DNA of 64,000 bases, taken from positions 65,224,001 to 65,288,000 of the forward strand of contig OX597818.1 in the NCBI GenBank assembly GCA_951406725.2. The letters are read 5' to 3'. Positions 10,988-23,540 of the stretch are shown one piece after another (the stretch's first letter is position 1; every line of letters starts with the position of its first letter). The notes under the pieces are model-generated. The model was given only the letters and a program-made list of their open reading frames with translations, ran no database searches and was not told where the DNA came from. The position numbers and the translations under genes are program-made. Origin of the DNA: Octopus vulgaris. Taxonomy: Eukaryota.

Positions 10988-12060
10988 GTGCCCGATATAT
11001 TGAGAGTAAGAGAGCGAATCACTCCTCTCCACCTTGGCAAGACCAGTAGACCATGGTTTCTGGGTCTTAACCCTTCATCGGTACTGAACACCTGCTTGCT
11101 AGAGATGGCCGTCAATCGGTCCTCTTCACAATTTATTCGCTCCTTACTCACAGTCGTTCATACTCACAACAATTCTCTTTCTTACAATATATCGGACACA
11201 GATTGTAAGTCATAAACCAGCTGCAAAAGATGTTTTCCTTTGGTTAAAATGTAGTAACATAGCTCTTTATATAGTAGGAGCACTCCGTCGGTTCCGACGA
11301 TGAGGGTCCCAGCTGATACGATCAACGGAACAGCTTGCTCGTGGAATTAACGTGCAAGTGGCTGAGCACTCCACAGACACGTGTATCCTTAACGTAGTTC
11401 TCGAGGAGATTCATCGTGACACAGAGTGTGACAAGGCTGGCCGTTTGAAATACAGGTACAACAGAAACAGGAAGAAAGAGTGAGAGAAAGTTGTGGTGAA
11501 AGAGTACAGCAGGGTTCACCCCCTCCCCTGCAGGAGCCTTGTGAAGCTTTAGGTATTTTCGCTCAATAAACACTCACAATGCCCGGTCCTGGAATCGAAA
11601 CCGTGATCCTACGACCGCGAGTCCGCTGCCATAACCACTGGGCCATTGCGCCTCCACATAGCTCTTTATAGAACAGTCAAGTTATAGTGGGAAAAAAAAT
11701 GCTACCGCCATGTATTGTTACTCCTTATATCACGTTTAGAGATTTTAGAACTAGCTATTTTACTCCTTACGAGATCAGCGATGTCTGCCGCTTCTCTTTT
11801 TATATAATTGTGAGGGAGGGACAATTGATGGCTGCCATCTAGCAGACAGGTGTCCAGTAACGATGAAGGTTAAAGACCCAGACGTCATGGTCAACTGGTC
11901 CTGCCCAGCTGGTGGGGAATGATTTGCTCCCTTACTCACAATATATTGGACACATGTCATGTATCATTAACCAGCTGGAAAAGTCATTTTCCTGGGGTTA
12001 AAATGTAGAAATATAGTTCTTTATAGAACAGCCATGTTATTGTGGCAAAAAGACGTTATA
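10988..12060. repeat. Two copies of a fold-back/TIR element with the core in opposite orientations
   Basis: 10988-11135 is the inverted homologue of ~11805-11953; both are followed by the same arm (aaccagctg..aaa..ttttcct..ggttaaaatgtag). Confidence 0.65.
11272..11655 (-). mobile_element. tRNA-derived SINE, family C, with 15-bp target-site duplication
   Basis: Head ggaggcgcaatggcccagtggtta...ggtttcgattcc; acatagctctttata repeated at 11257-11271 and 11656-11670; homologous to 53438-53821. Confidence 0.9.
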
Positions 12061-12123
12061 GCTTATATGTAGAAATGTGTGTGTGAGTGTGTGTGTGTGT
12101 CTGCATGTGTATGGGTGAATATA

Positions 12124-12785
12124 TACTAGGAGGTACTTGAAAGTAACCGGAAACATTCTTTGTAAGACATTCCCGTTGTAGTTCAGGCTTCCGCCGCTAG
12201 TTGCCACTTGATGCAAATGCAGGCACCGGTCTGCTGACCGGTGTTGTCTGCTAAAGTCGCACTGCCACATGGTGCATCTTTATTTTGCTGAACTTTTCCG
12301 CATTCGTTGATTTTTGCGAAGAAACAATGTGAAATTCTGTTTTCTGTTAGGGAAAACGGCAGCCGAAACAGTCGTCGGGCTTCACACAGCTTACAAGTAC
12401 GCTGCCATTATCAAAACAAGCACAGGAGAAGAGTCCATGCTTTAAGAATTGTCACTTGTCGTTTGAAGAACAACTTCCTTCAGAGCGAACGTTATCCTGG
12501 CGAGCGAAGGAAACCATCATGGAAATTTAGGAACTGATCTTAGCGGAACGTCACTGAACAACTGACTAACTTGTTGATATGGCTGGAGTGTGTTCGAGCT
12601 CCTGCCAACGAATTTTGAGAGAGGAATTGCGAATGGAAAGACTTGCAACAAAATTTGTGCCACGCTTGCCCACGGAAGATCACAAGAAGTAACGACTAAA
12701 TAAAGGTCGTGAACTGAAATCACTTAGAAATTGATCCGGATCGATTTTCGTATGTCATTACTGTTGAGGACAGCTGATGCTACAG
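12124..12785 (+). mobile_element. mariner transposon, 5' part (degraded)
   Basis: RNNVKFCFLLGKTAAETV..LHTAYK (N-terminal HTH), RLATKFVPRL (WVPxxL motif) and a degenerate ITGDESWCY region. Confidence 0.8.
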
Positions 12786-13368
12786 AATTTGCAGATGTGG
12801 AAGAGGTAAGGCAAAAATGACGCAGTCCTTCAAAGTATCACTCTGCAAGAGTTCCAGCTTCGAACAGTAGAAAAGCGAAGCGTATGGACCGATGCACTGT
12901 TTCAAATTGAAAATATTTGGAAGCCAATAAAAGGGAAAACATGTAACACTAAGTGAAAATAATATTACAAAATTTAGGTTTCTCTTGGGCACCACATTGC
13001 ATATAGAAATGAATATATTTATATTTATATTTATATTTATATTTATATTTATATTTATATATATGAGGAAAATCAGACAAAGTAGAAAATGCTAAAATAA
13101 TTTCATCATAAAGAACATTTTATTACTGGCGACATTTTCAACTTAGAGTAAAACATGAAAAAAATTAAATTGTGGAAACTTAAATGAGATGAACTTTTAA
13201 AAAAGTATTTCCATACTTTTCAAATGCAAGGGACATTTTCCTTGTTTTCTGTCTGTCTCTGTCTCGCTTTTCTACTCATGTGAGCGCTTTGTAGCAGGTA
13301 GCAGTTAGTAGCAGTCCTAATATCTGATATGTGCTTTTGGTTTTGATTGTTTAAACAGCAGTAGTAGC

Positions 13369-13585
13369 TGAAGAAGAAGAAGAAGAAGAAGAAGAAGAAG
13401 AAGAAGAAGAAGAAGAAGAAGAAGAAGAAGAAGAAGAAGAAGAAGAAGAAGAAGAAGAAGAAGAAGAAGAAGAAGAAGAAGAAGAAGAAGAAGAAGAAGA
13501 AAGAAGAAGAAGAAGAAGAAGAAGAAGAAGAAGAAGAAGAAGAAGAAGAAGAAGAAGAAGAAGAAGAAGAAGAAGAAGAAGAAGA
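13369..13585 (+). repeat. (GAA)n microsatellite
   Basis: Read directly from the sequence. Confidence 0.99.
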
Positions 13586-14944
13586 AATGGGAGTAGGAAA
13601 AGAAGAGAAACATTAATAAAAATGCTTGAGTGGCATGACAGTTGTAGGATGGTGGAAGCCTCTTGAATGGTCAAGTGACCTAAAAGTGACTTGTCTTTGT
13701 AATAGTAGTGATTGAAATTGTTCTGAATAAATTCATGGGTAGTGCCTGTTCTGAATATTCCATAGTTAATATTTGTGTGTGTATGTGTGTGTGTGCGTGT
13801 GTTATTCTAAGGCCCTAGTGATAGTGTCATTTTTGGTGGGTACATTGAAAATGGACTTATATTGAAAAGGGATATTTTAACACCCTGTACAACATTTATA
13901 TTAATAATATTAATCTGAAGAAAAGTTACTAATAATTTGCTGTTTGAAGTCATGTTTTTGTATTCTATGAATATGTTAAATTTATGTGAGGATACATATA
14001 TATTTGATTTTCATAAACAGGAAATTCCCTTCCTCCGAGTGATTCTTTTAATATTGGACGTGTAATATTAAATCTTAACAGCTATGAAATCATTAATATA
14101 TGGTGACATTGAGTGTTTGATTTATTTGAAAATAATTCGCTGAAAGCATCAATACAATTGGGTGTTCAAATTCGTATTAATGTTCAACGCATGTCTCGAG
14201 GACAAAAACGAAGAATGTTTCACCGCAAAGTTGCAGCGTGATTAGGAATTCCGGGAGAAATACAATTCTCTACGCAACAGAATGACATCCAAATGAACAC
14301 ACTAACGCATCAACGCACACATTCTCACACATGTGCACGTGTTTGTGTGTGTCTGTGTGTGTGTGTGTTCACTGCCCCAAGAATAATTACTAATTGAATA
14401 CATGCGAGTAGCCAACTGAATGAACAAGAATGAATGACATTTGGTGTTTTTCGTTTAAAGGAAGACATTTGCATTTGATATTTTGCACATGCATGTACCT
14501 GAGAGGTTTAAAACGTTTTAGAAAATATTTAGTTCCGCTAATGATAACAATTAACTTAATTGTTTAATTTTAGGTTATGATTTGTCTAATTGAATTACAC
14601 TTCCTCTTGTGCTTGATATTCGATATTATTAATCAATATGTTTTTTAACATCTTCAAAAGCTAAAATGCTAAAACCGGAAACCGTTTGTTGATATATTAT
14701 TGTCTTTCAAATGTTTTCAATTTATTGTCTAAAAGGAAAATTATTAAATCGAAGTATTAAATTTTAATTAGTTGAATGTATTGAATAATTCTAGACATGT
14801 TCAAGAAACATTAATCATCCGAATTGCTTCCATGAAAACCAGCATGGGGAATTCTTTTCTTTATATGCTACTTTAATTATGACAGATTAGAGTACATGTA
14901 ATTTTAAGAAATTCCACTGAAATCTATTGAGCAAAAAATACCGT

Positions 14945-15346
14945 AAATGTGACTAGCATTTCGTCCGCCTTCTGAGTTCTGAGTTCAAATTCTGGCGAGG
15001 TTGAATTTGCTTTTCATCATTTCTGAGTTGATAAACAACCCCCAGCTGAACACTCGAGCCGATGTAATTGACTTAATCACTTTCCAAAATTGCAGCTTTA
15101 AGCAAAAATTAGAAACAAATTCGACCAGAAACGTTGAGGCGGCAAGCTGGCAGAATCGTCTACATCCCGATTAGAATGCCTAGCGGAATTTCGTTCCTCT
15201 TTACTGCCTAATTCCAAATTCCGCCGAGGTCGATTTTGCTTTTCATCACTTCGATGCCGATAAAATAATTACCAGTTGAGTATTGGATCGATATAATCAA
15301 CTTATTCGCCACCCCGAAATTGATGGTCTTGTGCCAGTTTGAAATC
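14945..15346 (+). mobile_element. Two tandem copies of SINE family B (first 5'-truncated, second from ~15136)
   Basis: Head ggcggcaagctggcagaatcg, B-box-like gagttcaaatt, central ccgccgaggtcga.tttgc.tttcatc..ttcg...gataaa..taccag domain. Confidence 0.8.
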
Positions 15347-15706
15347 AATATGACCATCACGTTGATGTTCTATACTATACAAGTAAATATAAAGAATGCA
15401 GAAGTATTTGTAATTAAATCATCCCAACTGATATAACCACGTAATCTGTAGTTTACGATGGTATTTATCAATGGTATTTATATTATTTCATTGAATCGTA
15501 TATATCATGCAGACATTGGGTAATAAAGTTATTAACATTTTATACAGACATTGGTTCTTAAGCGTTATATGTCATGATTTACTCTTCTGACAATCGTTGT
15601 ACCTTCTTTCTATTTTTGTTTCATAGCGATTTCAGCAGTAATCTTGACTTGTTTATGCCTAGTCAAAAAAAAAAAATGCTGCAAAGTGAAATAAATAAAT
15701 ATGAAA

Positions 15707-16067
15707 ACAAGAGCACTCAGAGAACGCAAACCTCCGCAAAGGCAACACCAACGTCTTCTCAATGATTAGCCAGAGATGATGTTTAAAATGAGAATATCTC
15801 AAATAAACTCGACTGATCTCACAGACAAGAATACTAAAAAAAAAAAGCCTAACCGCTCTCAAAAAGAAGAAAGTCAGGAAAAATAATCCAGAAACCTTGT
15901 CCGGTACCGGATAGATCCCAAAATCTAATTACTTCGTGCCAGCCACAAGGCCAAACATCCCTGAAAGTTTCATTTGCATCCATCAAGTGGTTCTTGATAT
16001 TTTGACCACGGACAAACAAGCAAACATGACTGAAAACAATACCCTCGCCTTATTAAAGGCGGAGGTA
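15707..16067. mobile_element. HINE/DINE-like (Helentron-associated) non-autonomous element, copy 1
   Basis: Starts aacaagag; subterminal acctccgc is inverted against terminal gcggaggt; terminal hairpin cctcgcctt..aaggcggagg; ggacaaacaa repeat near the end; second copy at 44744-45103. Confidence 0.65.
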
Positions 16068-16742
16068 TTAATTAGCTACACAAAGGAAACACTATCATCT
16101 ACCAAACAATCAGTAGCATCACAGCCATGGACGTTGAAGTTACGGAGTATTTTTCTCTCAAACACTGTATATGAAATAATCGTTGCAAAAGAAAGTTTTA
16201 CCTATGTCAAAAATATATCCCATTATATTATTTTAACTCATTATTCAAAAAAGTAGCTGAAGCAAGCCATTAGTGTTATATAGTATATGTCATGTTTTTA
16301 TTGAAATATGGCAAAATATTTTACAATGATAAAAATTTAATGCGCTTTCTACTGAATCGAAAGACCTAAAATAATAAAATGATTGTTTAAATTAAATTTT
16401 ATCTAGAGACAAATGATAATTGAAATTTTGCTCGAATGGAAGTGTAATAATGTCGCTGATAATATTTCGATTTTTAATGGGTCACATTCAATTTTGAATA
16501 TATTTTTTGTTTCAGTTATATAACGCATGAGTTTTATAAGAAATACAATACGTCGGTTATATATCTAAAAAATATAAAATCAGAAAGAATATACACTAAT
16601 ATCGGTGATGCATTTTATTCAACGAGAATTATTCGTTGGGTGATGAGGTTGATAAATTATGCTTTAGTTCGATCTGCTGCCCCGAATTTATCACCTCAAC
16701 AAACATTTCAACAACAATTTTAAGACTATTACTAGCTCTTTT

Positions 16743-16938
16743 CTACTATAGGCACATAGCCTGAAATTTTGTGTCGCTTACATCTACCCCGGTGCATAAC
16801 TGATACTTAATTTATCGATCCTGAAAGGATGAAAGCGAATTACCCCGGCAGCATTTGAACGCAAAACGTGAAGACAAACGAAATACAACAAAGCATTTCA
16901 CCCGGCGTGCTAAATACTCTGCTAACTCGCCCACCTTA
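16743..16938 (-). mobile_element. SINE family B
   Basis: Reverse complement of the family-B consensus (tacttaatttatcga.c..gaaaggatgaaa...tttgaac). Confidence 0.75.
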
Positions 16939-17129
16939 AGACTGATTCTAAAGGATTCTTGGATGAATGTAACCTAGGATACGCGTTCTTGTTAGCTTTC
17001 TTTCTGTCTTTGAAAACAGGTGACTTTTCCTTCCACCATTCTCGGTTGATTACGTTAACAGGGCATTTAAATAATTTCCGATTGATCTATGTTTGAGACC
17101 AACTTACAATCTGTCCTTAAAGTCTTCCA

Positions 17130-17480
17130 CTTTTAACTGATTTTTGCGATATTCCTGATCGCAGATAGTTTTTCTTTACTACACATATCAAATTCTTTTA
17201 AAGCCATAATCTCAGTGCATATGTTTTGGAAACCTCAGCAATTCTTTCTTTCTTTGTAAGGAGGGACTATCAATATTACATTCATGACGATACTTTATAA
17301 GCATCTTCATATTTTTGCTATCTACTTCATATATTTCTGTATATGTCCATATGAGAAATGGTTCAGAATTTCTCAAAACTGGCATGGCCCACATATGCAT
17401 TGCCCTCATGATACCCTGATGTCATTTTAATTTTCAATCCTTCTTTTGTATTCTTTCAAAATCACTCGCTCAATATATTA
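17130..17480 (-). mobile_element. Highly degraded R4/Dong-like LINE fragment (post-RT region)
   Basis: RAMHMWAMPVLRNSEPFLIWTYTEIYEVDSKNMKML resembles the clade pattern AINTWAVPVLRYS..I.WT..EL..LD.KTRKL. Confidence 0.55.
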
Positions 17481-17739
17481 ACTTCTCGATCTTACAGCAT
17501 ACATGCTTAATTTTCTCTTTATTATATCGCAGAGACCAAATAACATGGTTTTGTGGTAACTCGATGTTATGAGAATTAGTCGTTTTATAATTAAAACTGC
17601 GTGCTTATTTCCCGAAATTGCATTGCAATTTCTACCCAATTTGTATATCAACTTTTAGTATTTGGATATTATAATCCAGATTTTTCATTTTGTTTTACTT
17701 GGGACAGCTGAATGTTTAAAGCCAGACAAGATACTTTGG

Positions 17740-18293
17740 ACAAGATATCTTTGGACATGAAACCAAAGACGATCGTTTTTCTTCTAGCACCGACTTGAAT
17801 GACTGACTGAATGACCAAATCCAAGCTCCTCTGCTAGTTTCTCAACAGTTACGATGGGTTTTTATTCCACCAGGGTTTTCAGGACGTCCTCATCGGGCTC
17901 TACAGATCTTCCATGACGTAGCTCGTCTTCTAGACTGTACTTTCCGGTTCGGAATTTCTGGAAGCACCTTTGACACTTGATTACACTTATTGTTTGAGCC
18001 CCATTTACTGTATGTTGGTATTCCCCCCACACTTACCGTTGCGTTGTTACTTTTATTGAACTCCTACAGCAAAAGATGCTGAATATGCACCTTTGTGACT
18101 TCCATTATAGCTTTGAAAAAACAACTGTTGACATCGAACTGCATTCTTCAAAACTTGCTCTAAGAATAGGGAAAAAGGAAAATTACTACTTACTTTTATA
18201 GCATGCTGTTGCAGGTAGTTTATCCCATTGCTCTTTTAGTTCATGTAACTGAAAATAAAAAAGAACCCACACTATCTTTGGGATGACCCATTA
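17740..18293 (-). mobile_element. mariner transposon, 5' end with TIR (degraded)
   Basis: MEVTKVHIQHLLL*EFNKSNNAT...KCQRCFQKFRTGKYSLEDELRHGRSVEPDEDVLKTLVE*KPIVTVEKLAEELG; TIR-like ...gggatgacccatta at ~18280-18293. Confidence 0.85.
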
Positions 18294-18406
18294 CATGCAT
18301 ACATATACACTGTGTTTTTATTATCGCATAACTATCTTTTTTGTTTCATTTTCGAATTTTGTTTGCAAGATTCTTTATGTGAATTCGTGTGTTGAAGCAT
18401 ATTTTA

Positions 18407-18575
18407 TTGTGTCAGAGGAGAGTCATTATGTTTAATGCCTTACTAATTAACAGGCTCAGTTCGATTTCCACTATTTTTCTCAGAAAATTCGAATATTTAA
18501 ATGAATGGATATCGAACCGGTGAGTGTGTTAACTAATAATGCATTATAACAGAGTGAGTCTGCCCAAACACATAA
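18407..18575. repeat. Diverged inverted repeat (~65-bp arms)
   Basis: 18407-18470 aligns to the reverse complement of 18505-18575. Confidence 0.55.
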
Positions 18576-18897
18576 CATATCTTATTTGTATATTAGATAC
18601 ATTAAAATATCTGTTTCAATATGACGTGTAATAATTGTAGCTGCTGTCGCAAAAGAAAAATTCTTTATCTAATTTTCCTTTTGTTTCGTTTTTACTTTTG
18701 AAATAAATATGTACGAAATATTAACGCTTTCATTAACAGAATGTTTATATTTTCTTTCTGTTTTCTATACAAAGTTTCAAGCCCACTTCAAGTTTAAAAA
18801 GTTTTTTATTCATATCATAATTGTGATAAATCGATATAGAATAAGTTTATGAAAATATCTATAGAATATTTCAAATATATGTATGTATATATGCATG

Positions 18898-18984
<87 letters not shown>

Positions 18985-19059
18985 ATATACACACATTATT
19001 TATTTGTGTCCACAAGTTCGGTGTTGAGCACATATTTTATCGTTCGACATTTACGTATG

Positions 19060-19123
<64 letters not shown>

Positions 19124-19594
19124 CATACGCACACACATACACACACATACATATATATGTAGTGTCTTTATAAACGCATGTATTAGTGTTTACATACGTG
19201 AGAGATTATCTCTATGCGAAGCGAATATCAATGAATAATTAATATATAATTGCAAGTAGTTTCATTTGGTACTTAGCTGAAAGTTGTTGATGACGTTTGT
19301 CAAGGAATGTCATTTTGATATTCTGTGTAATAATCTCTCTACAATAATCACAATTCAAATTAGAATATTTTGCTCTTGATTTCATTCCATTTGGAATTGT
19401 ACTGTTACGAGAATTTTCTTAAAATATTTGCCTTCGTTGTACAAATATATATCGAAACCCATGTGATAATAAATTAGGGATGCTCTTGTATTCATAGAAA
19501 TATGCTGTCCGTTTTGTGTGTTATTAGACGAAAACGACGATGGAATTGTCTTTCACAGAAATATTCCTTCTTAACGACTGATATATTAATTTGA

Positions 19595-20300
19595 AAATGA
19601 ATTTTTGTCACATTTTAAGATGGTCGCACTTTCTTGGCTAGTTATTGATACCTCTGGCAACATAATGCTTCAGGTTTCGAAGTAGAGAAACTTTCAATAT
19701 TATTTTTAATATCATCACAATTATTATAATATAGTGTTGCAACGATCTGAAACGAGGAGTGTGACATGGAACCAAATCAGGCGAGCAGGGTAGATGAAGC
19801 ATACTTTCAATATTTATTGTCCCGATTTTTTCAGGGGTGACTTGTACTATATGCGGTCTTACATTATCATGTAAGGGAAATATTCCTTTACGACAAATGG
19901 CTTGATGTAAATCTTTGTGCATTACTACTTATTGGCGGCAATACTTCTCCGCATTAACTGTTTCGTTTTGGTTTAACTGTTCATAATAGGTAGATCCTTT
20001 CAAATGTGTAGCATAACATTTTCGGGTTTATACAAGACTAGGAATGATTTCCTAATTTATTTAATCTTAACCTGTATCATTTTCGTTCGATATGATTATC
20101 GAAAACTCAATTTTCCTTGCGATCACAAGCAGAGAGCATCCGTTTTGATAAGACTAGACTGAATCAGATCAGAACTCATGACCCAGCTTTGACTATTTTT
20201 CTAGTTCTTGGGGGTGTTTGATGATCGAAGTGTTACTTGAATTAAACTGTAATCCTAATCCTCAAACACTTCCATTTCCTTCATCAGCTGGTACTAATCT
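19595..20300 (-). mobile_element. mariner transposase catalytic-domain relic
   Basis: LHDNVRPH...LHLPCSPDLVP...FRSLQH and YVARGINN match the mariner motifs HDNARPH, HPPYSPDLAP and FY..GI. Confidence 0.85.
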
Positions 20301-20507
20301 CCTGACGAAGCTTAGTATTGGTGAAGAGTAAACTGTAAGAAAGGGATGCTGCAAGAGAAAACTTGACCGGGCGAAAGTAGCTAATCATTCATTGGGATTT
20401 TAGAGAACTTAAAGCTTCATTTCCTGTGCAGAATGAATATTTATCATGTTTATTAATAAAGAGTCCATTGAAATGCAAATATATAAGTACTCCAGATATA
20501 TCTAAAA

Positions 20508-21191
20508 ATAAAATTCTTTGGTCAGCCTCAGCATACGTGTGAACTGTTCTCCACTACAGCTTATAGTGGTTACCAGTCCCTACAGCGAGTAGTAATAAGC
20601 CTACTACTATTATAAGATGAAGTTTTTTTACGGAAAAAATTCCATAAAAAAATGTGGCAACATAATAAAATACCTTTAAGGTTAAAATTATAAACAACTT
20701 ATAAAAAAGTGCTAAAGAAAATTATTTCAATGCCAATATGTAGTGGAGAACAGTTCAAACGTGAGCTGAGGCTGACCAAAGAATTTTATATGTACTTATA
20801 TGTACACGTGATTTTTGCTTCGGCTTTTTTCCATGGGCTCATATAAGTATCTTATTTATATCCTTTCGTATTTTCTACTGAAGAGGAAAATATCTATTAT
20901 GAGATTAATTCCGAAATTGATTCAATATAGAAATAACGAACTTTTAAAAAAATTCTATTGGCCGGCTTTCCCAGATTTAAGCTCTTCGTGTTTTTTTCTG
21001 TAGCGAGTAAATAATATGTGGAAATTGACGATTTAAAAGTCTGTTATCAGCATATTGGCATTGAAATAATTTTTAATTTTCTTTAGCCCTTATTTATAAG
21101 TTGTTTATAATGTTAACCATAAAGGTATTTTAATATGCTGCGACATTTTTTGATGGAATTTTTTCTCTCTAAAAAGCTTCATCCTATATTA

Positions 21192-21193
<2 letters not shown>
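20508..21193. repeat. Interlocking inverted repeats (fold-back element)
   Basis: IR1: 20508-20558 / 20739-20789. IR2: ~20603-20740 / 21051-21193. Confidence 0.8.
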
Positions 21194-21225
<32 letters not shown>

Positions 21226-21228
<3 letters not shown>

Positions 21229-21387
21229 CGGCTTCTTTCAGTTTCCACCTATGAAATCCACTCACGAGGCTTTGGTTGCCCTGAGGCTATAGCACGAGAC
21301 ATTCATCCAAGTTGCCGTGCAGTGGGACTGAAGCTGGAAGCAGGCGATTGGAAAGGATGCTACACAACACACAGCCACTCCTGTCTA
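21226..21387 (-). mobile_element. SINE family A, 5' half
   Basis: Homologous to 9925-10089. Confidence 0.8.
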
Positions 21388-21630
21388 TAGGGAAATCCAA
21401 ATATCATGTAGCAGAATTTCGACAAATTGAAAGTTTTACACAACAAAAATATGTAAACAGAAAATCACACCTTATAAAGCCAACAGTTGTTTGTATGAAA
21501 TTAACACACACACATATGTATGTATGTAGGTATATATATATATATATGTATATATATAGGTATATATATATACATATATATATGTATGTATATATATATA
21601 TATGTGTATATATATATATACATACATATA

Positions 21631-21672
<42 letters not shown>

Positions 21673-21700
21673 CACATACATACATACACACGCATATGTA

Positions 21701-21750
<50 letters not shown>

Positions 21751-21778
21751 CATACATACACACGCATACATACATATA

Positions 21779-21819
<41 letters not shown>

Positions 21820-21820
<1 letters not shown>

Positions 21821-22150
21821 TTCAGATTTACAGAAAACAAAAGACGAAGGCAGGTGAAGGAACAAGCAGGTGTGTTGGTTTAACGCTCGGGGAAGAATAA
21901 CCATGCACGTATCTGCGTGTGAGTTTGTGTGTATGTGTGTGATTGTATGTTTGTGTGTGATTGTATGCATGTGTGTGTGTATAGATTTTTAAACATGATT
22001 GAGCAGAAGAATGCATTTAAAATCATTCTGCTACATGACATATACAAACTCACACGCATATACCTATATACATATTGTGCCCCCGAGCGTCGAAATAATA
22101 CAACTGATTGTTCTTACACCTGCCTTCGTCCTTTGTTTTCTGTAAATCTG

Positions 22151-22153
<3 letters not shown>
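21820..22153. repeat. Fold-back element, ~73-bp arms around a TG/CA microsatellite spacer
   Basis: gttcagatttacagaaaacaaaagacgaaggcaggtg...cgctcgggg is inverted against ccccgagcg...cacctgccttcgtcctttgttttctgtaaatctgaac; related to 37775-37850. Confidence 0.8.
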
Positions 22154-22190
<37 letters not shown>

Positions 22191-22292
22191 TGAGAGTGAT
22201 AGAGAGAGCGAGAAGTCAAATTTTTTATTTTAGAATTCATCTTACAAAGCCAACAATTGTTTCTGTTGTATTAGCGTATTTAGATATATAAC

Positions 22293-22509
22293 AAATATTG
22301 TAATTAAATCTTCCGAAAATAAATGTTAACACAATGCTTTCAAGGTTATCCAAAATTAATTAAATCCAAAATGAACCAAGGAAATATTTCTAGTACTGCC
22401 TTTGCGTACTAGAAATCATTCCTATGTTCACTTTGGATTAAACAAATTTTGAATCACTTTGAAGACGTGTTACAATTTATTCTCGGAAATCTTTATTTCA
22501 ATGATATTT
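22293..22509. repeat. ~217-bp imperfect palindrome
   Basis: Centre atttctagtac-tgcctttgc-gtactagaaat; the arms stay complementary outward (aatccaaaatgaac / gttcactttggatt; ttccgaaaataaat / atttattctcggaa). Confidence 0.8.
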
Positions 22510-22523
22510 TATATATATATATA

Positions 22524-22853
22524 CTAGCAGTATCGCCCAGCATTGCTCGGGTTTGTAAGGGAAATAACTATATAAGCATTTTTAGAGAGTTACTTCCCTT
22601 ATATATGCCAATTCGGGCTTTCTTAGCCATTTCTGTTTTGATGTCTTCAAGCCATGAAGTCGTTGTTCTAAAAGAACGCTGGTCTCCTTGACAACGCTTT
22701 ACGACGTTGATTTCCTTACACTCCCTTCTCCACAGCTTCACGAAGGAGGGAAGAAGGGGGAGAAGAAAACAGGTGCAGGTGTGACCATTGACACCAACTC
22801 CGCCGCCATCGACACACGAAAAATTATGCATAAAAAATGGAATAAAAAATGAT
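22524..22853 (-). mobile_element. Helitron-type element, 3' end
   Basis: The minus strand ends cccgagcaatgctgggcg-atactg-CTAG|T: a GC hairpin about 10 nt before a CTAG terminus, followed by target T. Confidence 0.75.
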
Positions 22854-22921
22854 ATATATACATATACATGTATATATACATATACATACATACATATATA
22901 CATATACATGTATATATACAT

Positions 22922-23012
<91 letters not shown>

Positions 23013-23062
23013 CACGCACATATATATATATATATATATGTAAGTATGTATATGTATACATA

Positions 23063-23217
23063 CAACGCGCGTCTTTCAATTTCCGCCTACCAAATCCAAT
23101 CAAAGGTTTGGGTTTGCTGTAGCAATACAACACTTACCTAAGTTTCTATGCAGTGGGACTGAACCTGTAACCATGTGGTCAGTAAGGAATCTACATACCG
23201 CACAGCCACTCATGCTT
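23063..23217 (-). mobile_element. SINE family A, 5' half (degraded)
   Basis: gcagtgggactgaacc...cacagccactc. Confidence 0.75.
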
Positions 23218-23340
23218 ATGACAAGGAGATCCAAATATCATGTACCAGAATTTCGAAAAAAGTACGCGTGGAGAAAATCTCACACTTTAAAGCCAATAAT
23301 TATTTGTATGATATTAATACATACATATATAAATATATAT

Positions 23341-23540
23341 ATCGATACATGACAGCAGTTTCCTTGAGCCTGACTGTCAATCCTTATGCAGTTCAAGCAT
23401 CAAAGAATGCCTTCAAAATGTATTGCATATCAATCTCTGTGTGTGCTAATAGATCACAATCTTCTGCATACAAAATGTCGCTTATGCTGGAAGTAAGTAC
23501 CTTTGCTTTTGCAGCAAACCAACTAATATTAAATATCGAT
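23341..23540 (-). mobile_element. RTE LINE RT fragment (inverted part)
   Basis: IFNISWFAAKAKV...DILYAEDCDLLAHTEIDMQ...GLTVRLKETAVMY matches the RTE LLFADDC.L.AH.E..LQ and GLTISLKKTEVM region. Confidence 0.85.
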
